Shown: positions 40,787 through 50,298, numbered from the stretch's first letter. The stretch: 64,000 bases of DNA from Candidatus Pacearchaeota archaeon (GCA_023139205.1 JAGLOA010000003.1:1779-65778); one strand, 5' to 3'. A program made the numbers and translations. The notes: a model not told the origin generated them from the sequence alone.

Positions 40787-41298
40787 GTCCTTAGCTTTAA
40801 CCTATTCCCATAAATTTCATATTTTAATTGCCTTTTTCGTGCAAGATAAATATTCATAGGTTCATGATTTCCCCCGAAAAGTAAGCCATTTTTATTAGAA
40901 ATCTCTTTACTAGCATCACTCAAAGGATTATAAATTGAATCAAATACAAGATACCATTCTTTACCTTTTTTAGTAGAACAAAAATAATCTCTTGCTACTT
41001 TTTTAAAAGAATCATCTTCAATCAAACAATTTAAATTCTTTATGGAAGAACAATATTTCTGGCTTGTTTTTTCAAGTTTATTAATTTCATCAGAAGAATG
41101 AAAACCCATTTCAATCAAATCTTTTTTTTGTTCTTCAGATAAATAACATTCAACTGCTTTGCCTGGAAAAATCTTCCTTAGTTTTTTAACATTCCCAGAA
41201 GAAATTTTAAGATGTCTCGAAATTATTTTATTCTCTTTTCTTTCATTTAAATAAGATTTATCTTTCTTCTTTGTTGGATTAATAAAAGATACACTCAT
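40783..41298 (-). CDS. Hypothetical protein
   Basis: 171-aa ORF. Confidence 0.65.
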   Translation of the reverse strand: MSVSFINPTKKKDKSYLNERKENKIISRHLKISSGNVKKLRKIFPGKAVECYLSEEQKKDLIEMGFHSSDEINKLEKTSQKYCSSIKNLNCLIEDDSFKKVARDYFCSTKKGKEWYLVFDSIYNPLSDASKEISNKNGLLFGGNHEPMNIYLARKRQLKYEIYGNRLKLRT

Positions 41299-41384
41299 AA
41301 TAAATAAAATCTACCACAATTCTTAAAGATTGTTGTAATTTTTACCATATAAATCTTTAAAAAAAGCTTCTTATTAAAAAAATA

Positions 41385-41717
41385 ATGAAAACATTAAAAA
41401 TAGAAGGCTATGAACAAATATCTGAGAGCCAATACAACGACCTTCCAGAAAATGAAAGATTAAAAACTCTCAAAGATAATGAAACTGAAATTTATTATTT
41501 CAGGGAAACAGGAAAATTAGAAGAAGATTTAATGGACTTTGAAAATGAAAAAATGGCTATTAAAATTCATGGAGATGGACTTAAAATAATTAATAAAACA
41601 AAAAAAGACTTATTTTTAGGTTATAAAAACAATTTCGGATTCCTTGTTAAAGCTATTGAAAAAGCGAAAGTATTTGCAGAAAAATATCAAAAGGGGCTAA
41701 GAGAAAAATTAAAATAA
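41385..41717 (+). CDS. Hypothetical protein
   Basis: 110-aa ORF. Confidence 0.6.
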   Translation: MKTLKIEGYEQISESQYNDLPENERLKTLKDNETEIYYFRETGKLEEDLMDFENEKMAIKIHGDGLKIINKTKKDLFLGYKNNFGFLVKAIEKAKVFAEKYQKGLREKLK

Positions 41718-41836
41718 ACCACAACAAGGAAATAAATTCTCTTCTTTCAAAAAAATCAGAAAAAGAATTAATAGAATATATAAAAAAATCAGAAGATGAA
41801 TTAATAAAAGAACTAAAAAAAGAGAGTAAAAAAATT

Positions 41837-42328
41837 ATGCCAAAAAATAAACAATCAAGATTAAAAGATATCTTTGAAGAATCAATAAAAGAACATTGTA
41901 AAAAACCCTCTTCTGAACCAAAATCTTATGAAGAATTAATAAAACCTATTTATGGGGTTGTTAAAGATATTAAAGGATATAATTACAATCCTTTTAATGA
42001 AACAAGATTTGGGGAGAAATCTAATATTCATAACTCTGGTTATAGAGCAACTTTAGAAATTATGCTTGAAAATGATTCTTTAACAAAAAAATTAATCTTC
42101 AATGGAGGAAATTGCCAGATTGGGGAAGGAGACAAAATTAAAGCCTATGTATTTGCAGGAGAAACAAGAATAATAGGAATCTCGAACTTCAAACATAGTA
42201 ATTATAAAAAAGAAATTTTTATACCAAGAAAACTTGATAAAGAAGAAATTGCACTTTATATTGAAAAAATAAAAGAGGGTAAAGCAAAAGAAACATATTA
42301 TAGTGTAAACTACTCTCCAAAAAAATAA
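41837..42328 (+). CDS. Hypothetical protein (possible OB-fold)
   Basis: 163-aa ORF with I.EGDKIKAYV. Confidence 0.65.
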   Translation: MPKNKQSRLKDIFEESIKEHCKKPSSEPKSYEELIKPIYGVVKDIKGYNYNPFNETRFGEKSNIHNSGYRATLEIMLENDSLTKKLIFNGGNCQIGEGDKIKAYVFAGETRIIGISNFKHSNYKKEIFIPRKLDKEEIALYIEKIKEGKAKETYYSVNYSPKK

Positions 42329-42330
42329 TT

Positions 42331-43059
42331 CTAAATCCAACGCTTTTTGAAAACACCTTCATTCTTAATTTCAAAACTCATTTCTTTTTGAGGCAAACTC
42401 CTGTGCTTTAACAAAACAGCTTTTCTCTTCCCTCGATTATTTTTTAACTCAATAATACATTTACTCCAATACTTAAACAAATCTCCTCCAACAATATTTG
42501 TAGATTTCTCAACACCATTTTTCAAATCTCTCTCAGATAAAAACTCTGTATAAACCTGATTAGTAATCAAAATAGGGATTTGTTTTTTTCTGGAAATTTC
42601 TGCAAGTATCCTCATTTGCCTGGCAATTTCTCTATTTACTTCCTGAATTTTTGCTTTCTCTTTTTCTTTAACTGCCTCTCCCAACTCCAACCTATAAAGC
42701 ATAGCCATTCCATCAATAACAATCAAACTAACATGACCAGACCTTATTTTATTTAATAATTTCAAAAAAGATTTTTTCTGCTCATCAAAATTTGTAGGTT
42801 CTAATAAAAAAATATTCTCTAAAACTTTTTCATAATCTTCTCCGACAATTTGTTTAACCCTCTCTACAGAAAACCCCCCTTCTGTATCAATAAAAATAAT
42901 TTTATTCTCTTTTTTTGCCTGACTGCAACAAGCTAAAACACTCAAATTAGTTTTTCCACTTCCAGGAGACCCGGCAATCATTGTTATAATTCCTTTCTCA
43001 TATCCTCCATCCAGCCACTTATTCAAATCAAAACTACCTGTTGAAATTTTATTTACCAT
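42331..43059 (-). CDS. radB: DNA repair and recombination protein RadB
   Basis: GSPGSGKTN, IDTEGGFS, TNQVY, C-terminal KHR motif. Confidence 0.94.
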   Translation of the reverse strand: MVNKISTGSFDLNKWLDGGYEKGIITMIAGSPGSGKTNLSVLACCSQAKKENKIIFIDTEGGFSVERVKQIVGEDYEKVLENIFLLEPTNFDEQKKSFLKLLNKIRSGHVSLIVIDGMAMLYRLELGEAVKEKEKAKIQEVNREIARQMRILAEISRKKQIPILITNQVYTEFLSERDLKNGVEKSTNIVGGDLFKYWSKCIIELKNNRGKRKAVLLKHRSLPQKEMSFEIKNEGVFKKRWI

Positions 43060-43433
43060 AAATATCCTTCTTCTCTGAGAGAAATTATTATTTTTTCAGT
43101 TATCTCTGAAAGAAGATATTTATCAAAATTCTTAACAAATTCAGCCTTTTTTATTTCAGAGGGGGGTTTTCCTAGATTTCCATTTAATTTTCCAAAATAA
43201 ATCCTTGCTTCTAAATAAGATTTACTATGTGGGGTCATACCCGTGAAAGAATTATAATAATTACCGATAAAAACCTTTGTTCCTGAAAGCTCCTCTTTAA
43301 ATTCCCTGTGCAAACAATCTATATCAGACTCTTCTCCTTCAGGTTTTCCCCCTGGAAGAATCCATATTTTTCTTTTTTTAACTAATAAAATTCCTTCATC
43401 ATTAATTACTGCCAAATTAATTGCTTTTCTCAT
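43053..43433 (-). CDS. NUDIX hydrolase
   Basis: LPGGKPEGEESDIDCLHREFKEEL Nudix box. Confidence 0.9.
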   Translation of the reverse strand: MRKAINLAVINDEGILLVKKRKIWILPGGKPEGEESDIDCLHREFKEELSGTKVFIGNYYNSFTGMTPHSKSYLEARIYFGKLNGNLGKPPSEIKKAEFVKNFDKYLLSEITEKIIISLREEGYLW

Positions 43434-43472
43434 ATTAAAATAAACTTTTTAGAATTAATAAGTATTATTATA

Positions 43473-43736
43473 TTACTTCAAATTCTTAAAATCAGATTCC
43501 AAATTATCTAACTCTTTTGTTATAGAACTAATAGCATCATTTATTGCTTTTTTTGCTGTCTTGCCTTTTGTTTTTACTAAAAGAATTGGTTTTTCAGTAG
43601 GATGTTTTCTTTTCCATGCTGCAAATGTAACTGAAGAATCCTTATTAAGATAAACCTTAAGAATCTCTACAATTGTCAAACTTTCAAATTCAACTTCAAT
43701 TTCATCTTTTGAATTTTTAAGAATATTAAGTTCCAT
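43473..43736 (-). CDS. rpoL: RNA polymerase subunit L (Rpo11)
   Basis: V-FAAW...HP, size and pattern of Rpo11. Confidence 0.85.
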   Translation of the reverse strand: MELNILKNSKDEIEVEFESLTIVEILKVYLNKDSSVTFAAWKRKHPTEKPILLVKTKGKTAKKAINDAISSITKELDNLESDFKNLK

Positions 43737-43758
43737 AATAAAAAATCTCTAACTCTAT

Positions 43759-44106
43759 TTATAAAACTTCTGTTTTTTCAATTAAAGTCGCCAAATCTTT
43801 TTCCAAATCTTTCTCCAGTTTTATAATCCCTTCTTCATTTGAAACTATTTTATTTACTAAAAAATCGGGTATATCTACAGCTCCAAAATATTCAACATCT
43901 TCTACTCTTCTTTTTGAAATAACTTCTTCACCTTCTTTTATTGCCCAATCTCCTATTGAAAAAAAATCAAATCTTTTTTCTTTATCAAAACCATAACCTA
44001 ATAACGCTTTTCCCTCAAAATAAAGTCTATTTTGCTTATTTTTCAATCCAGGAACAAAGGCGAGATCTCCCTCACTTACCAAAATAGAATATTTATGAAC
44101 TTTCAT
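43759..44106 (-). CDS. Hypothetical protein
   Basis: About 115-aa ORF. Confidence 0.6.
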   Translation of the reverse strand: MKVHKYSILVSEGDLAFVPGLKNKQNRLYFEGKALLGYGFDKEKRFDFFSIGDWAIKEGEEVISKRRVEDVEYFGAVDIPDFLVNKIVSNEEGIIKLEKDLEKDLATLIEKTEVL

Positions 44107-44875
44107 CTTTTCCCTCTTCCTCAAAATCTTCTCTAAAAAATTCATCTGATTTTTTGAATATTTCATTCTCTTTTTTTTCTTTCATTTCCTTTAAATCAGA
44201 AATAGTCAGCATTTTAGCATTTACTGGATTAAAACCAAGTCCTTCTTCAAAATCTTTTTTAACAGGTTCAACTTGCTCTTCAAACGAGGAAGTTTGCTTC
44301 TGCTCCTTAAAAATCCTGATTCCTAAATAATTTTCTAATTTTCCAATAATTCTAAATCCATTTTTAGGGATAACCCCTCTTTCAAGAACATTAATAGCCC
44401 CAACAGGCTCTAAAATGTTTTCTGCCAAATCTTCAGCAGTCAAATGCTTCATTCTCCTCGCTCTCATAATAACCCAATGAAAATTATGAATCAAATCAGA
44501 AGTGTCCTGAGAAACCTCCTGCAAATTAAAATTTTCATCTACAACTTTCTTTAATTCACAATCTTGTTTACCCAAATATTCCTTTTTCTTCTCTAAAGCA
44601 AGATCTCTTTCATACTCCTCCATATTAATCCCAGAAAGCTTAACAAGCCTGTCATAAATTACAGACCTTTTTGGTTGTCTAGAAGGATTTAAATTAGAAA
44701 CAATCTCTCTCATTTTCTCTTCTTCCTTTTCTTTAGCTGGACGTTGTTTTAAAAAAGGGTAACCCTCCTCCAAAGCACATTCTTTACAAATCCTGACAAT
44801 TCCTTCTTTAGAAATCACTTCAAATAACTTCCTCTCCTTCCCAGAAACCCCGCATTTAAAACACTCTTCAAACAT
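44093..44875 (-). CDS. MBF1-like Zn-ribbon plus HTH protein
   Basis: CFKC...CKEC, then RARR..HLT.EDLA...LERG..P...KLE.YLGI. Confidence 0.78.
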   Translation of the reverse strand: MFEECFKCGVSGKERKLFEVISKEGIVRICKECALEEGYPFLKQRPAKEKEEEKMREIVSNLNPSRQPKRSVIYDRLVKLSGINMEEYERDLALEKKKEYLGKQDCELKKVVDENFNLQEVSQDTSDLIHNFHWVIMRARRMKHLTAEDLAENILEPVGAINVLERGVIPKNGFRIIGKLENYLGIRIFKEQKQTSSFEEQVEPVKKDFEEGLGFNPVNAKMLTISDLKEMKEKKENEIFKKSDEFFREDFEEEGKDESS

Positions 44876-44925
44876 AAATAAGAAAACCCCTAATCTTTTT
44901 TAACTATTTGTATAATACAAAAATA

Positions 44926-45579
44926 TCAATTCAAATGCTTCTCAATATCCTCAATAGTCTCTAAATCAGTTATTTTAACAGATTCGTCAATTAAAATAGT
45001 TGGAAATTCTTTTACATTATATTTATCCAAAAGCAGATTAATTGAAGAAATCTCATTATCTGCTGCGATAGGGATCAGCATGATCTTGTTTCCCTTTTCT
45101 TCTTTTAATTCAGATAACAATTTTGAGAAAAATCTCTGCTTAGATTTTTGTTCAATTGACGGACCATCATACTTATAAAAATAAACAAGATTATGGTAGT
45201 CAGAATTACACTTTTCTTTTATCCTGATACTATTAATCCAAAATAAAGTTCTCAAAAGATCATACCTCTTATGTTGAAAAATTATTCCCTGATTAATTTT
45301 ATTTGCATCTTCATATCTTTGAATAAGTAAAGCCTCTTCAAAAATTTTATCTGCAAATTTTATATTTTCCTCAACTAAAATATCACAATCAAAATCAATA
45401 ATTTCTAATGCATCTTTTTGTATTCTTTGATCAAGAAGCTCCATTTCAGCTTCTAAATACAATTTATTCACCTTATCGATTCTTGAAGATTCAAGCATAT
45501 AACCCATAAAAATCCCAATATTAAAAACAACAAAAGTTAATATTAATGCATATAAAAAAAAATATTTCTGGTTAACCAT
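44926..45579 (-). CDS. Membrane-anchored thioredoxin-like hypothetical protein
   Basis: N-terminal TM, VYFY, YNVKEFPTILID. Confidence 0.65.
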   Translation of the reverse strand: MVNQKYFFLYALILTFVVFNIGIFMGYMLESSRIDKVNKLYLEAEMELLDQRIQKDALEIIDFDCDILVEENIKFADKIFEEALLIQRYEDANKINQGIIFQHKRYDLLRTLFWINSIRIKEKCNSDYHNLVYFYKYDGPSIEQKSKQRFFSKLLSELKEEKGNKIMLIPIAADNEISSINLLLDKYNVKEFPTILIDESVKITDLETIEDIEKHLN

Positions 45580-45580
45580 T

Positions 45581-46804
45581 TTATCTCCACTGATAGTTTC
45601 TTTTAATAAATTTGTATATTGCAGTTATCAAAATAGGAGCATACATTATAAGATAAACAAATGAGTAAAAAAGAAGATTAAAAATATTCTGCTTCTTCAG
45701 TATTTTTTCTTTCATAATAGATAAAACTAAAATAGTGAAAGTAAATCCAAGGATAAATAAAATAAGTCCCAAATAATTAAGAAAGCTGGGAGTAATATAA
45801 AGGTCATTCATGGTTATAAGAGGGGTTCCTATTTGAATAGAATATTTAGCGAAAATATAATCTCCCAAAATTCTGGTTGTAATTAAATAAACAAATAAAC
45901 TCAGCCCAAGCAATCCTAAAAACAATTGAATCACAAAAAAAGGCAATATAAAAAGACCGAGCATACCTTTTCTTAAAAAAGACTTTTTATATTTTGAAAT
46001 ACATTGCAATCCCCCAACAGTCCATCTTATTCTTTGCTTATACCAAGGTTTAACTTTGTCTGGGACAATTGTCGTTGCATTAGTAGACAAACACATTCTT
46101 ACTTTATAACCTGCATGAATCAAATGCCACGCAATTTCAATATCCTCAGTCATATTTGTTGTATCAAAACCGCCAATTTCTTTTAATAAAGATTTTCTGT
46201 ACATCGCCAAAGGCCCAGGAGTAACATAAATTCCATCAACATAACCAAGAAGTTTTCTTGTAAAAGCAATTACATTATATTCAATTACCTGCAACTTCTC
46301 AAAAAATTTATTTCTGTTTCTCGGAACAAAAACACAAGTAGCAGCCCCAACTTTCTCATCATCAAAAAAACCAACCAATTTCTTAAAAGAATCTTTAGCA
46401 GGATAACTATCTGCATCCACCACAACCACCAATTCCCCTTTAGCCATTTCAACTCCCTGATTCAAAGAATCTCCTTTTCCAGAATTTTTTTTATTCACCA
46501 ACTTCAACTTAGGATATTTTTTCAACAAACTTTCAACAATTTTTTGAGTATCGTCTGTAGAACCATCATTTAAAACAATTAACTCTCTTATAGGGTATTC
46601 TATGTCAAAAACAGCTTCAATTGTACCCTTAATAGTGCTCTCCTCATTAAATGCAGGAACCAAAACAGAAATAGAATATTCTTTTTTAGTTTTTGGAAAA
46701 TCCCATAATCTCTTTTTGTTCCAAATAAATAATAATAAAAATAAAAAAAGAAAATAAATCGAAAGAAACATAAATCCAAGATAGATTATTGAAAGAATTT
46801 CCAT
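45581..46804 (-). CDS. Family 2 glycosyltransferase (processive type)
   Basis: PAFNEE, NDGSTD, VDAD, TED, QRIRW, flanking TM helices. Confidence 0.93.
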   Translation of the reverse strand: MEILSIIYLGFMFLSIYFLFLFLLLFIWNKKRLWDFPKTKKEYSISVLVPAFNEESTIKGTIEAVFDIEYPIRELIVLNDGSTDDTQKIVESLLKKYPKLKLVNKKNSGKGDSLNQGVEMAKGELVVVVDADSYPAKDSFKKLVGFFDDEKVGAATCVFVPRNRNKFFEKLQVIEYNVIAFTRKLLGYVDGIYVTPGPLAMYRKSLLKEIGGFDTTNMTEDIEIAWHLIHAGYKVRMCLSTNATTIVPDKVKPWYKQRIRWTVGGLQCISKYKKSFLRKGMLGLFILPFFVIQLFLGLLGLSLFVYLITTRILGDYIFAKYSIQIGTPLITMNDLYITPSFLNYLGLILFILGFTFTILVLSIMKEKILKKQNIFNLLFYSFVYLIMYAPILITAIYKFIKRNYQWR

Positions 46805-46805
46805 A

Positions 46806-47357
46806 TCATTCTTCAGTTGATTCTTCTTTTAAAGATTCTTGTCTTTTAAGATCAGAATCACTAACATTAAAATAATCATAAAAATCATTGCTCAAAGTAA
46901 TCTCATAAGTATGCCCAATCTTTTTTTTCTTAATTAAACCTAAATCAGTAAATTTTTTTATGTGATCATAAGATTTATTCCCTCGAATTTGAACAATTAC
47001 AGATTGATTAATTGGCTGCTTAAATGCAATTATCGCTAAAGTTTCCTGCTCTGCTTTTGAAAACTCTGCAGAACCTGTAGCTAATTTATTTATTATTTCA
47101 AAATATTCCTGCCTAACATCCATTTTCCACAAATCATTTTTTTTAACAATCTCAATTGCTGAATCTTGTTTTTCATATTTATCTTTAAGTTCCTCAATTA
47201 ATTCCGGGATAATAATTGGATTTAAATCAGAAAGAGAAATCAATTCCTGCATAGACAAAAATCTCCCAGAAACAAAAAAAACAGCTTCAAGTTTCTTTAA
47301 ATCCTCTTTTCTCCTAGAATTATCAATCTCATCAATAGTACTGCTCATTGGTTCCAT
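46806..47357 (-). CDS. scpB: SMC-Scp complex subunit ScpB
   Basis: LEAVFF-SG, ETLAIIAFKQP, IRG, F-DYF. Confidence 0.92.
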   Translation of the reverse strand: MEPMSSTIDEIDNSRRKEDLKKLEAVFFVSGRFLSMQELISLSDLNPIIIPELIEELKDKYEKQDSAIEIVKKNDLWKMDVRQEYFEIINKLATGSAEFSKAEQETLAIIAFKQPINQSVIVQIRGNKSYDHIKKFTDLGLIKKKKIGHTYEITLSNDFYDYFNVSDSDLKRQESLKEESTEE

Positions 47358-47416
47358 AACTTAACAAAAGAAATGATGTTTAAAAGTATTTTTGATTAGT
47401 TAATTCATCACAACAA

Positions 47417-47427
47417 TTTTTATAAAG
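47417..47427 (+). promoter_or_regulatory. Probable TATA box of the RiPP operon (leaderless transcript)
   Basis: TTTTATAAAG ending about 20 nt upstream of ATG 47448. Confidence 0.5.
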
Positions 47428-47447
47428 TTTAGAGATACATTTTTAAT

Positions 47448-47660
47448 ATGATTAATGAAGAATATTTTAAAGAAAAGATAGACAAAGAACATATATCTCC
47501 GGAAGATATTTTAAATTCATATAATCCTTTAACAAAAGAGATGATTGAAAAAGGAAAAATTTGGAACCATGTTTGGGGACAAACTGATTGGGGACAAGAA
47601 TCTTGGGGACGAGAATGGGGCAAGGATTGGGGAAAAGAAACTTGGAATCAAGCTAGCTAA
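47448..47660 (+). CDS. Putative RiPP precursor peptide with Trp-repeat core
   Basis: Leader-like residues 1-38, then WNHV-WGQTD-WGQES-WGRE-WGKD-WGKET-WNQAS; upstream of an rSAM/SPASM gene. Confidence 0.82.
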   Translation: MINEEYFKEKIDKEHISPEDILNSYNPLTKEMIEKGKIWNHVWGQTDWGQESWGREWGKDWGKETWNQAS

Positions 47661-47661
47661 A

Positions 47662-48363
47662 ATGTCTGTTTTAAACTATTCTCTAGGGAAAAACAAAAAA
47701 ATCTTATTCTTTGGGGTTAATCACAGTAATTCTGATTTTTTACAAATAAAGAATTTAAAAGATAATCTTGTAAAATTTAATCCAGATCTTATTTTAATTG
47801 AAGGGGGATTTGAAAGAGCAAATTTTGAAACTGAAAAAGAATCAATATCTCAGGGGGAATTGGGATTTGCATCTTATTTTTCAAAGAGAAATAATTTTGA
47901 ACTTCTCGGAAATGACCCTCCTGAAAAAGATTCGATAAACTTTCTAAATTCTATTTATGGGGGAAATTTTTCTTTTTTGTATTTTGTTTTGAGAAATTTT
48001 TCTTATTTCATCTCAATTAAAAAGATTTCTTCAGATGAAAAAGGGTTGCTTTTTGCTATAGAAGACTTTGTAAATACTTTTAATGAAGATATTCCTCTTT
48101 TCTCAATTCAAAAATTTAAAGAATTTTTCTTTACAATATTCAAAAAGCCATTTTCTTTTAAAGAGAATTATTCCTCATACGCTTCTTCCCTATCTCAAAA
48201 CAAAAAAATGAAGCAGGCCACAAAAAGACTAAGTCTTTTTAGAGATTTTTATATGTTTAACAAAATATTAAATTCCCTTAAAGAAAAAGATAGAATTTTT
48301 ATAATTAAGGGAGAAAGTCATTTAGAAATATTTAAAAGATATTTTAAAGATTTTTTTGAGTAA
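47662..48363 (+). CDS. TraB/GumN/TIKI-superfamily-like protein (candidate peptidase)
   Basis: ATG 1 nt after the precursor stop; FFGVNH, PDLILIEG, GND, RD..M..KI, KG-SHL. Confidence 0.6.
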   Translation: MSVLNYSLGKNKKILFFGVNHSNSDFLQIKNLKDNLVKFNPDLILIEGGFERANFETEKESISQGELGFASYFSKRNNFELLGNDPPEKDSINFLNSIYGGNFSFLYFVLRNFSYFISIKKISSDEKGLLFAIEDFVNTFNEDIPLFSIQKFKEFFFTIFKKPFSFKENYSSYASSLSQNKKMKQATKRLSLFRDFYMFNKILNSLKEKDRIFIIKGESHLEIFKRYFKDFFE

Positions 48364-48367
48364 AAAA

Positions 48368-49609
48368 ATGATATTTCAATTAGAAACATTTGAAGACGAA
48401 ATAAAATTCATTGCAGATAAAGATACTGGTAAATGGGTTCTTGGAAGAGACATAACACAAGAAGTTATTAAAAAAATTTCAAATCCATTTTTAGAAAAAA
48501 TTCCTAAACGTGTTGGCAAAATTGTTTTAAATATGGGAAGAGAATGCAATCTTGACTGCACTTATTGTTTAGTAGGAAATTTAAAAGAACAAACTTTAAA
48601 ACTAAATATGAAAGTTGGAAAAAAAGTTCTAGAAGCAGTTTCTGAGATGGATCTACATGAAAGAAATATAGTATTTCATGGGAGTGAACCTATGATGAAT
48701 TATAAAGTTATTAAGAAATTACTAAGGTTTAATAAAGATAAATTAAGAAACAAGATTTCTTTTTCCATACAATCAAATGGGACTCTTTTTACAAAAGAAA
48801 ATTTAAGATTATTAGAATCTTATCGTGTGGGAATTGGAATTAGTTTGGATGGTAAAGAAGAACATCAAAACAAACAAAGACCCTACAAAAAAGGAATGTC
48901 CTCTTATAAAAAAGTTATTAAAAATATGGAGATGGTAAAAAATTTTCAAGGAAATATCTCTACTATAACTGTTGTTACTAAAAATAATGTTTCTGATTTA
49001 GTTAAAATTACTAAATCTTATGAAAATCAAGGAATAGAATCTGTCTTATTTGCACCTGTCAGTCCAACAAAAAATTTTCAAGACATCCCAAATCAAAAAA
49101 TTCTTACACAAAACATACAAGAGGTTATAGATAAATACATAAAAAACACAGAAAAAGGTGTTTCCACCTTAAAGATTAGAAATTTAAGGGATTATTTAAG
49201 AATATTTTTTAGAGAAAAAACAACTTCAAACTGCTTACAATGCGGATCTGGAACATCTCAACCAATTTTAGCAATTGATTCTGATGGAACTATTTATCCC
49301 TGTGATTTTTTTTGGGGAAATGAAGAATATAAAATCGGAAATATTTTTAAAATGAGCCTTAAAGAAGCCTTAATTTCAGAGAAAAATATGAGATGTTTTA
49401 GAAATGTTAACGAAATTCCTACATGTGGGGATGCTTGCAATTGGAAACGCTTTTGTGGAGGAGGATGTCCTGGAAGCAATGTTTCATCAGATAGAGGATT
49501 AAATGAAAATTCTCATTATTGCCAATATAACAAAAAAATGTTTGAATATATAGCTAAAAAAATTCCCTTGTTGCACACAAAAGGATTAATTGGGAAGCTT
49601 ATTGAATAG
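48368..49609 (+). CDS. Radical SAM/SPASM peptide maturase (anSME-like)
   Basis: CNLDCTYC, FHGSEP, QSNGTL, ISLDG; SPASM Cys set CLQC, YPC, CGDACNWKRFCGGGC, HYC. Confidence 0.92.
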   Translation: MIFQLETFEDEIKFIADKDTGKWVLGRDITQEVIKKISNPFLEKIPKRVGKIVLNMGRECNLDCTYCLVGNLKEQTLKLNMKVGKKVLEAVSEMDLHERNIVFHGSEPMMNYKVIKKLLRFNKDKLRNKISFSIQSNGTLFTKENLRLLESYRVGIGISLDGKEEHQNKQRPYKKGMSSYKKVIKNMEMVKNFQGNISTITVVTKNNVSDLVKITKSYENQGIESVLFAPVSPTKNFQDIPNQKILTQNIQEVIDKYIKNTEKGVSTLKIRNLRDYLRIFFREKTTSNCLQCGSGTSQPILAIDSDGTIYPCDFFWGNEEYKIGNIFKMSLKEALISEKNMRCFRNVNEIPTCGDACNWKRFCGGGCPGSNVSSDRGLNENSHYCQYNKKMFEYIAKKIPLLHTKGLIGKLIE

Positions 49610-49716
49610 TTCTCTCCAAAACATAAGTTCTAAATAAATCTCAAACAATTTTAATAAATAAATTTCTAAACTTTATACAACAAGATTTAAAAATCGTTCT
49701 TTCTTTAAGAATATTA

Positions 49717-50289
49717 ATGAAAAAGAAAAAAAGAGGGATAACAATAAAATTAGTTTTTTCTAACAGATGGCTTTATACTTTTATTGTAATTGGAATTTTA
49801 GCGATAATTGGTGTTGGTGTTTACGCATTAACAGCAGGAGAGACTCCAGACCCAGGACATAATATCCAAAATATTGGTCCTCCAAGTGATTGTGTTAATG
49901 GACAAGTTTTGCAATTTATTGATGGAGCTTGGGGATGTGTGAATTTACCTGGAGGAGAGACTATTCTAAAAACAAAAATAGTAGAAATAGGTAATTGGGA
50001 TATGAATGCTAATAGCTATGTGATGGTAGCTCATGGCTTAGGTAGCAATTATAAAAAAATAAGAGATATACGAGTTATGATTCGCAGAGATGATAATTTA
50101 GGTCATTTTTTACTTGATAAATTTCAAGATGCAACTGATCCTGTTTTAATTATGGGAGGAGTTTATTCAATAACTAGTGTAAATATTGTTATACAAAGAC
50201 GAACTGATGGTCATTTTGATCGTGATACTTTTGAGGTTATGGGCGATGATGGAAACAGAGGTTGGATATACATAGTTTATGAAGAATAA
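49717..50289 (+). CDS. Membrane-anchored surface protein
   Basis: Basic N-terminus plus TM, PDPGH, C..GQVL...GAWGC linker, beta-rich C-terminal domain. Confidence 0.7.
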   Translation: MKKKKRGITIKLVFSNRWLYTFIVIGILAIIGVGVYALTAGETPDPGHNIQNIGPPSDCVNGQVLQFIDGAWGCVNLPGGETILKTKIVEIGNWDMNANSYVMVAHGLGSNYKKIRDIRVMIRRDDNLGHFLLDKFQDATDPVLIMGGVYSITSVNIVIQRRTDGHFDRDTFEVMGDDGNRGWIYIVYEE

Positions 50290-50298
50290 AACTAAATC

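Noticed and set aside
41700-41836. Open frame with repeated AAAAAATCAGAA upstream of ORF 41837
   Set aside because: No start codon and low complexity; may be a frameshifted remnant but cannot be supported
47545-47661. N-terminal extension of the 272-aa ORF in the track
   Set aside because: It overlaps the precursor core in another frame; ATG 47662 right after the precursor stop is the more plausible start
47412-49658. AACAATTTT(T/A)ATAAA at 47412 and 49644 bracketing the RiPP cluster
   Set aside because: 14/15 match but nearly all A/T and similar to a generic BRE-TATA promoter; not distinguishable from chance
49717-50289. Possible diversity-generating retroelement target
   Set aside because: No template repeat or reverse transcriptase is visible in the window
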